Virus record (IMG/VR): IMGVR_UViG_3300009181_007093
Reading direction: 5' to 3' (one strand)
DNA: 64,000 bases
Source: a virus
In this document: in pieces, positions 29,041-38,247 of the stretch
Layout of the letters: each line of letters starts with the position of its first letter
Position numbering within the stretch: position 1 is the stretch's first letter
Notes under the pieces: generated by a model
The model's input: the letters and a program-made list of their open reading frames with translations, nothing else
Databases searched by the model: none
What the model was told of the DNA's origin: nothing
Translations under genes and position numbers: made by a program

Positions 29041-29533
29041 TTTCTTCCTTCTTGGAATCTACCGTTAACTTAGATTCCATTCTAAGTGTTGTTCCTGAAC
29101 TGTCTAAAAAATCATCTAAATTCTTTATGTTTATAATCTCCCAATGTGGATCATCTATTGGAACGTATTCTTTTTTAGTATAATAAAATGACTCCATCTG
29201 ATATTTATACACTTTAGCTTCAACTTCTTCTGGAGTCATGCCTGAATACAAGTCTGAACATATATTCTTACACACTCTAATTGCATCTTTCTCTATGGCA
29301 CCGCCTAACTTTATTAGAACTTGAATTGCCGCCTGTACTTTACCTTCTTTGTTATAAAGAAGATCTATTATATCTAGTTTCATTCGACCATCAATAAATT
29401 CAGCTATAGCAGTAAATTTCGCTATAATTTCACCTTTACACGGTTTGTTCCTTCCACAAACTTTAAAATACTCAGTAAAGTTTGAACCGTTTATTTCCAA
29501 AACATCATCTTTTTTTTCTTCAACTTCATTCAT
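28979..29533 (-). CDS. Hypothetical protein
   Basis: Follows dnaE-C; SD AGGA. Confidence 0.65.
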   Translation of the reverse strand: MNEVEEKKDDVLEINGSNFTEYFKVCGRNKPCKGEIIAKFTAIAEFIDGRMKLDIIDLLYNKEGKVQAAIQVLIKLGGAIEKDAIRVCKNICSDLYSGMTPEEVEAKVYKYQMESFYYTKKEYVPIDDPHWEIINIKNLDDFLDSSGTTLRMESKLTVDSKKEENEEEEKEAEEEKAEKTEEVQ

Positions 29534-29543
29534 AGCATTATTC

Positions 29544-32500
29544 CTATTGTTGTTTTTTCATTGTACATTTTTCAAATTGCATAAGACAGTCTTCTTGTGT
29601 AATTGTATTATCTATTACTCCTTTTTTCATTATAGCAACTCTAAAATCATCTTTTTTATCAGATGTATTTTTACCACGACGGTTAGGCTTATGTTGGTTG
29701 CTTTCTAACGAAAAAGTAAAAAACCCATTTGAAGGTGCCTGTAGCCTCAATCTAAGTAAGTTACCTACTAAAAATTCTTCTTTCCATCTTTCCCAATCAT
29801 CTTGCCAAATAATTATTTTGTTTTCTTGTCCTGTAATATCCTCTGCGGTCAAATGATAGTATACTGTTCCTTTCTTACTTTTAGTCTTATTGGTCTTAAT
29901 AACACACACCTCAACTGGTCCAACTGAGGCACTTGGTGACCCTTTTTCCGAGTTATTTGTTACTGTAGAATAATCTCTTAAGTTATTAAATGTTAATTTA
30001 ACGTTATGATCTGGGCTGAATTCTAATGGATGTGCCAAGGAAAACCCATAATACTTCCTCTCACATGCTATGTAATTTGATATTTCCTCCTCTGTTTCGG
30101 CATCTAATTTGGCATCTAAATCATTAAAATCACCGAGTTTTGGTGAGTTTTTTTCATTATTTTTATTTTTTTCTATTGATCTATTTCTTTTGTCCCACAA
30201 CTTTTTAAAAGAATTAAGAGGGTTAAAGCTTTTCTTATTCTTAACTTTTTTGTAGTATACAACAATTTCTTTTTCTATAGTAACGCCACAATCTAAAGTA
30301 ACTGTGCCATTGGTTAGCTTTGCAATTGCACCGTCTTCATCTTTTTCGCATTTAATGCTACCTTCAACATAACGAACCTCTTCGACATCATACTTCTTCC
30401 AATAGTCCAATTTATAAGGGTTGGTGCTTTTTATATCAGATAGGTTAGTTGTTTCATTTGGAAATAAAGATTTAAACTCATTGTCATATTTTAGCATAGT
30501 CGCTATATGTCTTTTTTGCTTTTCTTCTTTTTTCTTGAAATAATTTTTATATTTTTCTGCAAACCTCCAAAGCGTTACAGGGTCACTTTCAGTAAAGCAT
30601 CGCAATCCTATCAATGGCTTTAAAACATTTGCCTCTGTTCCGAACCTTTCAAGAAAGTCTTCAAAATCTTTATACGGTTGACACTCTATAATTCTTGTGG
30701 CGGGAGCTTCACCAATACCTTTAATGTTAGAAAAACCAAAGTATATAATGTCTTCTTGCAAATCAAAACTTATTTTTGACCTATTTATATTCAAACCACA
30801 GACTTGCACACCATGCCCTTTTGCTTCCATTTTGTATTCTTTTATTTTTTCACTTGATTTTTCGCACCTTAAGATACTAGTGTAAAATTCATTTGGATAG
30901 TGAGATTTCAAGTAAAGAAGATAAGAAGAAATATATGTATATGCAACAGCATGACTGTTGCTCGTTACTATTCCGTTGGGCAAAATAAAGTTGTGTGTTC
31001 GATTGGAAACTTCAAGATCGTACATTTGATGCCTGCCCATGGGCAAGACTCGTAAAATTTTCCTAGACACCAGACTCCCGGTATTGGAGATTGAAGCATG
31101 TTCTGAAATACTTCCCACCAATCCAACGCCATTCTTCCCGTGCTGCTGTGGAAGCATGACATGCCCACTCTTATTAACATCACATCTTTTCTTCTTAAAC
31201 ACTCTTCGTTCAACATGGCATCTCGCTGTTGAACAATCGGCAACCGAAAATTTATTGGTTTGTTGCTTTGATGCTCGTAAAAATGATAAAATCCGTCTAC
31301 TTCTATCCAAATTTTTCCTTTCGTCATATCTACCTGCTTCCACTTTCGATCCGACCTTTTCCCACAACGAATTTTCTTGGTTCCCCATTTTAACTGGGCA
31401 CGCAACCAAGCTTCCATTTTTGATCGTTTTGGACTTTTCCATGCAGCTTCTGTGCATTTTGCAAATTTTTCTGGGTTTTCTTCTCTCCACTTTTTCAATC
31501 GTTCTGCTCTTTGTGCTTGTATCTCTGGGCGGGCAGATGTTTTTCTTGCAGAAACAGAAGAGGCTCTCCGATGACCTTCCGAGCGATTTGTCTTTAAATT
31601 CTTTGCTTTTATATTTTCTCGTTTTATTCTTTCGCAATCTTCGCAAGTTTTTAGATGCTTGTCTCTCGGAATCATTCTTTGAAATTCTATTTGACATCGA
31701 GATTTGAAAGTCTTTCCGCCGCCCCAGCCCAACCTTCGACACTCTCGACAAGCTGACTGGTGCTTCAGCATCAACGACTTTGATGGAAATATTTCTCCGC
31801 AACGAGCTTTTGATTCTTTTTTTGCTGGCATATTTTTCTCCGTATTCTTTTTCACAAAATATAGAAACATCTTTAGCCAGTATTTCACGAAGCGAAATTT
31901 GTCCATCCTCGGTTAAAAATTTATGATCTATGGTACAAATTATTTCATACCCATCATCAAAAACAACCTTGTGTCCTTCTAATATTCCGTGATCATGTAA
32001 ATTAACTACAAAAGTTTCTGCTTTGTTCCCTTGTTCATCTATGCAATAAACCTTATCGCCTTTTTGAAAATCACAAATTTTCTTAAGTCCTTTAGGCGTA
32101 GGTATATATGTATCTTGGTGCACAGATTTATTAAATCCATATTCAGAAAAAGCTTCAACTTGCTGATACAGATGGTTTATTGCTTCTTCACTTATTCCAA
32201 GATTCTTTTTACCATTTATTAAAAAAGCCTCTTTATACTTTATAAAACTCTCTACCTTCTTTTTTGATATTGCTTTTCTTACTAACTCGCAATCTTTTAG
32301 CGGTATGTTACCAACAACATTAAGCACTCTCATTACTTGTTCTTGATAAATCATCACGCCATAAGTTTCGCCTAATATCGGCTGCATTAATGGGTGCAGT
32401 TGATAATCTTCTCTCTTCTTTTTTCTTTCTATATACCTTTCCTGCATTTTCATGTTTAATGCGGAAGGTCTGTTAAGGCTCGTATAGGCAACTAAATCTT

Positions 32501-33491
32501 CAAAATTATCCACACCTCCTGTTCGGCACATGTTCCTGACTGTTTCACTGTCAAATTGAAATATGCCTTTAAGATCGCCTATATTTGCCATGCTAATGCT
32601 AAGAGGATCATTTCTCCAAGCAGCAACATCACTCCAATCTGACCTACCTTTTAATGCACATATACTTTCTAAATTGTGTCTGGACTTAACCAATTCACAA
32701 CAAAGTGCAACTTGTAATAAGTTAGAAACAACCAATAGATCAAACTTTACAAGACCAACAGGTTGCAAATCTTGCCCATGAAGACCTTCTACCCAAGAAG
32801 ACGCTTGTGGGCTGTCTTTCCTTTTAACAAGCGGTACTAAGTCAGATAAAGGTGTACTTGAAATGATAAGACCACCTGCATGAACTCCCATGCCTCTGTT
32901 TCTATGCAGTAGTTTCTTAGCAGATTCTGCTATATCTTTGTTGTCCGAGCAGTATTTTTTTAAATCAGGATACAGCTTCATTGCTGCGTCCCATGTCATA
33001 TCTTTGCCTTCGTCGTCTTTTGCATCTAAACTTTTTGTTAATCCAAGAATTTCATCTCTACTTTTACCATAAACACGAACCATATCAATTAAAGCAGACT
33101 TGATTCCAAATGTAGTATAATTTCCAATATTGCAAACATATTCTTCTCCAAAAGTTTTTGGTGCCCAACTTTCTTTAATATAATTTCTTACCTGCTGGAT
33201 ATAATCCGAGTCTATATCAGGAAAATCTCCATATGTACACGTTGGATCCAATTCTATTGAATGTTCGGATACAACTCCTAATAGCCAGCAAATTAAAAGG
33301 TTATTCTGATTAACAGCGTATCTTATATTTTTCTCATATAAATTATAAAAATAATCAATTTTATTTTTCGCTTCTATTTCCTCTATTTCCCACTTTAATC
33401 TTTTTTGATAACGAGCATCATTAAACAAACCTTTTTCTATAAGATTTTTCTTGCAAATATCAAGTATTTTTTCTTTAATAGGATTATTCAT
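29544..33491 (-). CDS. dnaE: DNA polymerase III alpha, C-terminal gene (palm/fingers/HhH/OB), intein-containing
   Basis: PDIDSD, GVHAGG, LVKFDLL, IFQFDS, YGVMIYQEQVM, GFNK|SHAVAY, IKGIGE. Lacks the PHP domain and GRGSAAG. Confidence 0.95.
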   Translation of the reverse strand: MNNPIKEKILDICKKNLIEKGLFNDARYQKRLKWEIEEIEAKNKIDYFYNLYEKNIRYAVNQNNLLICWLLGVVSEHSIELDPTCTYGDFPDIDSDYIQQVRNYIKESWAPKTFGEEYVCNIGNYTTFGIKSALIDMVRVYGKSRDEILGLTKSLDAKDDEGKDMTWDAAMKLYPDLKKYCSDNKDIAESAKKLLHRNRGMGVHAGGLIISSTPLSDLVPLVKRKDSPQASSWVEGLHGQDLQPVGLVKFDLLVVSNLLQVALCCELVKSRHNLESICALKGRSDWSDVAAWRNDPLSISMANIGDLKGIFQFDSETVRNMCRTGGVDNFEDLVAYTSLNRPSALNMKMQERYIERKKKREDYQLHPLMQPILGETYGVMIYQEQVMRVLNVVGNIPLKDCELVRKAISKKKVESFIKYKEAFLINGKKNLGISEEAINHLYQQVEAFSEYGFNKSVHQDTYIPTPKGLKKICDFQKGDKVYCIDEQGNKAETFVVNLHDHGILEGHKVVFDDGYEIICTIDHKFLTEDGQISLREILAKDVSIFCEKEYGEKYASKKRIKSSLRRNISIKVVDAEAPVSLSRVSKVGLGRRKDFQISMSNRISKNDSERQASKNLRRLRKNKTRKYKSKEFKDKSLGRSSESLFCFCKKNICPPRDTSTKSRTIEKVERRKPRKICKMHRSCMEKSKTIKNGSLVACPVKMGNQENSLWEKVGSKVEAGRYDERKNLDRSRRILSFLRASKQQTNKFSVADCSTARCHVERRVFKKKRCDVNKSGHVMLPQQHGKNGVGLVGSISEHASISNTGSLVSRKILRVLPMGRHQMYDLEVSNRTHNFILPNGIVTSNSHAVAYTYISSYLLYLKSHYPNEFYTSILRCEKSSEKIKEYKMEAKGHGVQVCGLNINRSKISFDLQEDIIYFGFSNIKGIGEAPATRIIECQPYKDFEDFLERFGTEANVLKPLIGLRCFTESDPVTLWRFAEKYKNYFKKKEEKQKRHIATMLKYDNEFKSLFPNETTNLSDIKSTNPYKLDYWKKYDVEEVRYVEGSIKCEKDEDGAIAKLTNGTVTLDCGVTIEKEIVVYYKKVKNKKSFNPLNSFKKLWDKRNRSIEKNKNNEKNSPKLGDFNDLDAKLDAETEEEISNYIACERKYYGFSLAHPLEFSPDHNVKLTFNNLRDYSTVTNNSEKGSPSASVGPVEVCVIKTNKTKSKKGTVYYHLTAEDITGQENKIIIWQDDWERWKEEFLVGNLLRLRLQAPSNGFFTFSLESNQHKPNRRGKNTSDKKDDFRVAIMKKGVIDNTITQEDCLMQFEKCTMKKQQ
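30957..32126 (-). mobile_element. Intein (390 aa) in DnaE at GFNK|SHA
   Basis: Block A SVHQDTYIPT, block B CTIDHKFLT, blocks F/G MYDLEV...HNFILPNGIVTSN, +1 Ser. No endonuclease motif in the intein frame. Confidence 0.92.
30968..31831 (-). CDS. Zn-finger plus Vsr/DUF559-type endonuclease nested in the +1 frame of the DnaE intein
   Basis: ACGGAGAAAAAT-ATG at 31831; 287 aa; two RCxxxFx7KHxxxCxxC repeats; SKMEAWL...QVDMTKGKIWIEVDGFYHF...RDAMLNEECL...LIRV. Confidence 0.85.
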   Translation of the reverse strand: MPAKKESKARCGEIFPSKSLMLKHQSACRECRRLGWGGGKTFKSRCQIEFQRMIPRDKHLKTCEDCERIKRENIKAKNLKTNRSEGHRRASSVSARKTSARPEIQAQRAERLKKWREENPEKFAKCTEAAWKSPKRSKMEAWLRAQLKWGTKKIRCGKRSDRKWKQVDMTKGKIWIEVDGFYHFYEHQSNKPINFRLPIVQQRDAMLNEECLRRKDVMLIRVGMSCFHSSTGRMALDWWEVFQNMLQSPIPGVWCLGKFYESCPWAGIKCTILKFPIEHTTLFCPTE

Positions 33492-33604
33492 TGCGGAAGA
33501 AAAACAAAGCGATTCTCGCCATGTATAGCATAGTTTGTCAAAAAAATACCCACAGTTGGTATTCTACAACAGATAAAACATACCTGTCAATAACATATTT
33601 TTAT

Positions 33605-34507
33605 TTACTGAAGCACACTGGAATCAAAATTTCCATCTATTTTATTTTTGTTATGATGATGGTGGTGATGATGGTGGTGGTGATGGTAGGTTTTTCCTGA
33701 GTCATCGCCTTCTTCGCCTTCGTCTTCTTCTTCAGCGTCTTCTTCGGCGTCTTCCTCAGCATCGTATTCAGCGTCTTCGGAGCCTTCCTCAGAGTCTTCT
33801 TCAGAGCCTTCTTCAGAATCATATTCAGCGTCTTCGGAGCCTTCCTCAGAGTCTTCCTCAGAGCCTTCCTCAGAGTCTTCTTCAGGTTCATTCTCCGAGT
33901 CATATTCTGACTCATCCCCTTCTACGTCTGGTCCAAACCCAATCGGAGTAGCAACCATTTCATTAATTGTATTTAACAATTTTTTTGAATAATGCTCATT
34001 TGTTACTGCTATTTTTGCTAATATCTTTAATGCTTCGTCGTGGCTCAACATCTCTAGCAAAAATGATTCAAAAATTTTGCTTCGTTTAACAGCTCTGACC
34101 AATGTTGATACGTTTTCCTTATTACACTTACAAGATTCAATAACATCTTTTGCAAGATCATGTATTTGACATCTGCATTCATTCTTTGTTAGATCTTTTG
34201 TAAATTCTGCCATGGACAAGTTTTTTGTTTCATTAATCCACTCGCTAACGCTTTTCTTTTGTAGGTTTTTCATTCCCTTATGTCCTAAAGCTTTTGGATC
34301 ATCTTTGTTAGGGTTTTGACCATTCGTTCCTGAAATATATGAAGCAGGTTCTCCGACTGGTCCTTTTCCACCAGCGTGCTTGTGCATTTTCTCTTTTTCA
34401 GGCTTACGGACTACATCGCCTGAATAATCTGCTACCTTCTCAACTTTTGGCTTAACAACCAATTTTTTATTGGTATCAATATACTCTTGGAAGGTTTTAT
34501 ATTTCAT
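33605..34507 (-). CDS. Hypothetical protein with capsid-targeting-like N-terminus, acidic repeats and His11 tract
   Basis: MKYKTFQEYID; SD AAGGAG; CATATATATATT upstream. Confidence 0.75.
   Translation of the reverse strand: MKYKTFQEYIDTNKKLVVKPKVEKVADYSGDVVRKPEKEKMHKHAGGKGPVGEPASYISGTNGQNPNKDDPKALGHKGMKNLQKKSVSEWINETKNLSMAEFTKDLTKNECRCQIHDLAKDVIESCKCNKENVSTLVRAVKRSKIFESFLLEMLSHDEALKILAKIAVTNEHYSKKLLNTINEMVATPIGFGPDVEGDESEYDSENEPEEDSEEGSEEDSEEGSEDAEYDSEEGSEEDSEEGSEDAEYDAEEDAEEDAEEEDEGEEGDDSGKTYHHHHHHHHHHHNKNKIDGNFDSSVLQ
33653..33880. repeat. Eleven His codons (33653..33685) and EEDS/EEGS repeats
   Basis: Directly visible. Confidence 0.85.
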
Positions 34508-34559
34508 CTGATTCTCCTTTGTTACCCTATTGAAATATATATATGCTTTATGTTTAAAA

Positions 34560-35285
34560 CTAATTAAGTCTTTTTTTTAACATTTTACAGTATGTATCAC
34601 TAATTTCTGAAGATATCCACTTTCTATTTAAATTTTTACAACATTTCGCAACGGTTCCAGTTCCTGCAAAAGGGTCATAAATCAAATCGTTTTCATTGCT
34701 AAAGTTTTCTAAAATCTTGTTTACAAGGTCTTCTGGAAATGCTGCACCATGTCCTTTTGCTGTTGTTTTTTGCCTTTTAATTTGCCAAATATCATTAAGT
34801 TCGCCTCTGGGGAAATTGCACTTTTCAAAAGCTCTAGATATTGAATTTTCTTTTTTCTCTAAAACTAGTATTATTTCATGCTGGCGGTTTAAAACGCTAT
34901 GATGCATAGATGGCTGTGCATGGCATTTATCCCATATTATGATATCTTTTATATTTTCAGAAAAATCACCAATCATTTTGAAAAAAGCACGTTTTGACCC
35001 AGTAACAATTGATATATTATAAAAGGTTATTTTAGAAACTCTAATAAGATCCGACAAAATAGCTTTGTGATTAGAGTAAAAGTCTTCTATTGGCACATTA
35101 TCAGAAAACTCAGAATACTTCGTGCTGAACTCTTCTTTTATAATTTGTCTTGAACAATAAGAACCATTCCTGATCCTTAGGTTCATATTATACGGAGGAG
35201 ATGTTAAAGATAAGTCTACAAAGCCATCCGGCATTCTAGACATAGTTTCCAAACAATCTTCGTTATAAATTTTGTTAATTTCCAT
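34560..35285 (-). CDS. Site-specific DNA methyltransferase, N4-C/N6-A beta class
   Basis: TSPPYN before HGAAFP and YDPFAGTGT; ATG 35285 overlaps the end of dnaE-N. Confidence 0.93.
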   Translation of the reverse strand: MEINKIYNEDCLETMSRMPDGFVDLSLTSPPYNMNLRIRNGSYCSRQIIKEEFSTKYSEFSDNVPIEDFYSNHKAILSDLIRVSKITFYNISIVTGSKRAFFKMIGDFSENIKDIIIWDKCHAQPSMHHSVLNRQHEIILVLEKKENSISRAFEKCNFPRGELNDIWQIKRQKTTAKGHGAAFPEDLVNKILENFSNENDLIYDPFAGTGTVAKCCKNLNRKWISSEISDTYCKMLKKRLN

Positions 35286-36681
35286 CAAAAACTTCACTAA
35301 CAGGTAATGGATCAATATTCTTAAATTCTAAAGATATAGATCTTCCTCCTCTTGCTTCACTCATAAAACGACTAAACAAAAGTCCTTCTGCCACTGGATC
35401 TACATTAGTTATCCCTAAACAATAACAAGTCAAAGCTCCAGCAGCCGACCCCCGCCCGGGGCCAACGGCTTGACTGCCATCGCCCCACCCTAACAAACTA
35501 GGGCAAATCCTTCGTGCCTCGTCTGTCATCATTTTTTGAATCAAAAAATAACTAGAAAAACCCTTTCTTGTTATAAGGGAATATTCTTCTTTTATTCTTT
35601 CTAAATATTCTTTATTTTTTGGAAGATTTCTAAAAACAAATCCTTTCATTACTTCTTCTTTAAGAGATTCATCTGCGTCAGGAAGTATGGGAAGCTTTAA
35701 ACTTCTATCTAGCTGAACACCTTTTGCTCTTTCACAAATTTTTACTGTATTCCTTTTAGCTTCACAAAATAATTCATATGGTATCGTGTCCGAATATTGG
35801 TCTAACCATTTTTTATTTAATTCTTCTTCGCTTTTCATCCATAAACTAGCATCCTGTAACTCAAAAAAGTCTTGTGCCTCATCGGCTTCTATCGCCTTTT
35901 GTATTTCTTGAACAGTTCTATTGGTCTGAACCATCAACATAAGTCTTTGAAACTTACTGTCTTCCTGATTGCAATAATGACAGTCGTTAGACAAAATGAG
36001 TGGCAATCCGTACTTTTCATGTGCCTTAATTATAAAAGCATCATAAGGCTTTTGCTTCTTAAAATCTAAAAGCATTAATTCCAAGAAGTAATGGTCTTTA
36101 CCAACCATTTCTACATATCGTTCAATAACGGCACAAGCTGCTTCTTCACCGCCTTTATCAAAAGCTCTGCCTACTTCGCTACTATAGCAGCAACTAGTGA
36201 AGAATAAGCCTTCTTTATGTTTTATAAGCTGTTCATAATTAACTCTTGGCTTTCTATAAAAGCCTTTAGTCCAACCCCAACTAGTAAGTCTAACAAGGTT
36301 TTTATATCCAATATCGTTATATGCAATTGCTAAAAGATGCGGACTGGCTTTTATTTCACTCTTCTCTTCTTCATTGAGATCCAGAATAAACTTTTGAACG
36401 TCTGCTAGTCCATTTGATTCTGGCTGAAGGCGATTAATATAAAGTTCGGCGGCAAATATAGGGGATAAAGTGTCTTTGCCTTTCTTTTCATTTATTCTTT
36501 CACATGCTTTTATTTGTCTTGGTACAGCACCAAGCATACCGTGATCGCTCACAGTAAGAAATTTCTGATTAATTTGAGGTGCCCTTTGGGCATATTCCTC
36601 TGTTAAACCGAAGCCATCTAAAAGACTAAAATCTGTATGAAGATGGAGATGTTCAAAGCCTACGATATCACAAGTTTTCAT
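35275..36681 (-). CDS. dnaE: DNA polymerase III alpha, N-terminal gene (PHP domain to GRGSAAG)
   Basis: HLHLHTDFSLLDG, SDHG, GFYRKPR, NDCHY, GPGRGSAAGAL, LLFSRF, then a stop before the catalytic aspartates. Confidence 0.95.
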   Translation of the reverse strand: MKTCDIVGFEHLHLHTDFSLLDGFGLTEEYAQRAPQINQKFLTVSDHGMLGAVPRQIKACERINEKKGKDTLSPIFAAELYINRLQPESNGLADVQKFILDLNEEEKSEIKASPHLLAIAYNDIGYKNLVRLTSWGWTKGFYRKPRVNYEQLIKHKEGLFFTSCCYSSEVGRAFDKGGEEAACAVIERYVEMVGKDHYFLELMLLDFKKQKPYDAFIIKAHEKYGLPLILSNDCHYCNQEDSKFQRLMLMVQTNRTVQEIQKAIEADEAQDFFELQDASLWMKSEEELNKKWLDQYSDTIPYELFCEAKRNTVKICERAKGVQLDRSLKLPILPDADESLKEEVMKGFVFRNLPKNKEYLERIKEEYSLITRKGFSSYFLIQKMMTDEARRICPSLLGWGDGSQAVGPGRGSAAGALTCYCLGITNVDPVAEGLLFSRFMSEARGGRSISLEFKNIDPLPVSEVFDGN

Positions 36682-36771
36682 TTGTGTTTAATGGCTGAAG
36701 TTTTCAAATAATTGATGAGTCTTAACTCAAAAGTATCATAATCAATAAAAATTTGCAATGGAAGATATGAT

Positions 36772-37893
36772 CTAAATGCAAACTTTCTCTCTTTCCCTAA
36801 CAACTCCACACAATATTTCTGCTCCAGTAATTTTCAACTCTTTCCTAATTCTGTCTCTAATTTTTTTATATTTTATAACTTCTTTGGGTGGTTTAGAAAA
36901 AGTTGGCATTCTACCTTCTAAAAAATCTTCCAATATTTGTTTTATATTTTTAAAATCCCAATATGGAATAATCAAAAGAGAACCTTTTTTCAAACAGAAC
37001 TTTATTCTTTTATGATCACTATTTATATTTCTTTTTAGGTTAATAATGTGTGCATTTTTTCTTTTAGAACCAAAGCTGGTCGGGATATAATGCTGCTCCC
37101 CATTATATTCTATTAACAGATTTAATTCTTTTATTACAAAGTCTATGCGGCATGTTTTTGTTTTATGTTGGTGCAAGAAGTTTACTCCTTCTTTCCATCC
37201 TTTATCTTCAAAAAACTTTAGAATAGCTTTTTCGCCCTTTGAATAAGTACAATTTGGACATCCCCTCCCTTGAATATGGCCATTTGGTGTTTGCGAAAAA
37301 GTAATTCCACACCCTACTTTTACACCATCTACAATCTTTTTACAAATTATACGGACTTTTTTTCTGGCGTTGATGTACTTTACTTTATCATAACAATATT
37401 TCTTCCCATGCTTCTTTTCCGATTTTTCAATGAACGTTTCTGTAGTGTCTTTTATACCAATGTTACAATTTGGACATCCATGCCCTCCAATATGGCTATT
37501 TGGACTTTGCGAAAAAGTAATTCCACACCCTACTTTTACACCATCTACAAACTCGTTGCAAATTATACTAACTTTTATTTGTGAGCCTACGTACTTTACT
37601 TTATCATAACAATATTTCTTCCCATGCTTCTTTTCCGATTTTTTAATGAACGTTTCTGTAGTGTCTTTGTTTTTACAGCTCGGACATCCCTGCCCTCGAA
37701 TATGGTCTCCTGGTGTTTGCGAAAAAGTAATTCCACACCCTACTTTTACACCATCTACAAACTCATTGCAAATTATACTAACTTTTGTTCTGGAGCCTAC
37801 GTACTTTACTTTATCATAACAATATTTCTTCCCATGCGTCTTTTCCGATTTTTCAATGAACGTTTCTGTAGTGTCTTTTTTCCTAATATTCAT
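36772..37893 (-). CDS. Free-standing homing-endonuclease-like protein: three Zn-binding repeats plus Vsr/DUF559-like nuclease
   Basis: Three TTETFI.KSEK.HG..YCYDKVKY...HI.G.GCP.C units; RIDF...LIEYNGEQHY...IIPYWD. Confidence 0.85.
   Translation of the reverse strand: MNIRKKDTTETFIEKSEKTHGKKYCYDKVKYVGSRTKVSIICNEFVDGVKVGCGITFSQTPGDHIRGQGCPSCKNKDTTETFIKKSEKKHGKKYCYDKVKYVGSQIKVSIICNEFVDGVKVGCGITFSQSPNSHIGGHGCPNCNIGIKDTTETFIEKSEKKHGKKYCYDKVKYINARKKVRIICKKIVDGVKVGCGITFSQTPNGHIQGRGCPNCTYSKGEKAILKFFEDKGWKEGVNFLHQHKTKTCRIDFVIKELNLLIEYNGEQHYIPTSFGSKRKNAHIINLKRNINSDHKRIKFCLKKGSLLIIPYWDFKNIKQILEDFLEGRMPTFSKPPKEVIKYKKIRDRIRKELKITGAEILCGVVREREKVCI
37255..37878. repeat. Three near-identical 210-216 bp intragenic repeats
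   Basis: tgtagtgtcttt recurs at 37441, 37657 and 37867 with long identical flanks. Confidence 0.9.
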
Positions 37894-38105
37894 GGTGTCA
37901 TTGCTTCTACTAAATCCCCAACCGTTTCTAAATTTAATACTTCATCTTGACTAATACTTTTATCTAATTCTTTCTCAATATGAAAAAGTAAATCTATTTT
38001 GCTTAAACTATCTTCTACAATCTCTGCCAGCAGAGTTGCTTTTGTGACCTCTATTCCTACTTGTTCCAGAATTATTCTCTTAATTTTTTCTTCAATATCC
38101 AACAT
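37890..38105 (-). CDS. acpP: Acyl carrier protein
   Basis: 71 aa, acidic; EDSL phosphopantetheine Ser motif; ETVGDL. Confidence 0.85.
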   Translation of the reverse strand: MLDIEEKIKRIILEQVGIEVTKATLLAEIVEDSLSKIDLLFHIEKELDKSISQDEVLNLETVGDLVEAMTP

Positions 38106-38247
38106 GAAAATCTCCGGTAGTCAAAACTTACAAAAATCTACAGTTATGATTTTCACTTGATTCTGGCTATTTCACAACTTATATCATCTTTGACTAATTG
38201 TCAATTCCTCTTTTCATATTTTTTTAAAAATTATAAATACATATATT

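Noticed and set aside
31039-31707. 222-aa + strand ORF inside the DnaE intein (possible third coding layer)
   Set aside because: Antisense shadow with no motif and no evident SD; expected by-product of two constrained sense frames.
33637-33915. 92-aa basic ORF overlapping the acidic His-tail gene
   Set aside because: Frame-shifted read of the acidic repeat region with no independent start signals.
33400-35400. Split intein or intron joining the two dnaE genes
   Set aside because: No intein N-block at the end of dnaE-N, no C-block at the start of dnaE-C, and no recognisable group I/II intron structure; the intervening DNA holds two ordinary genes.
11346-37878. CRISPR array
   Set aside because: All repeats are head-to-tail, inside coding sequence, without unique spacers; no cas genes.
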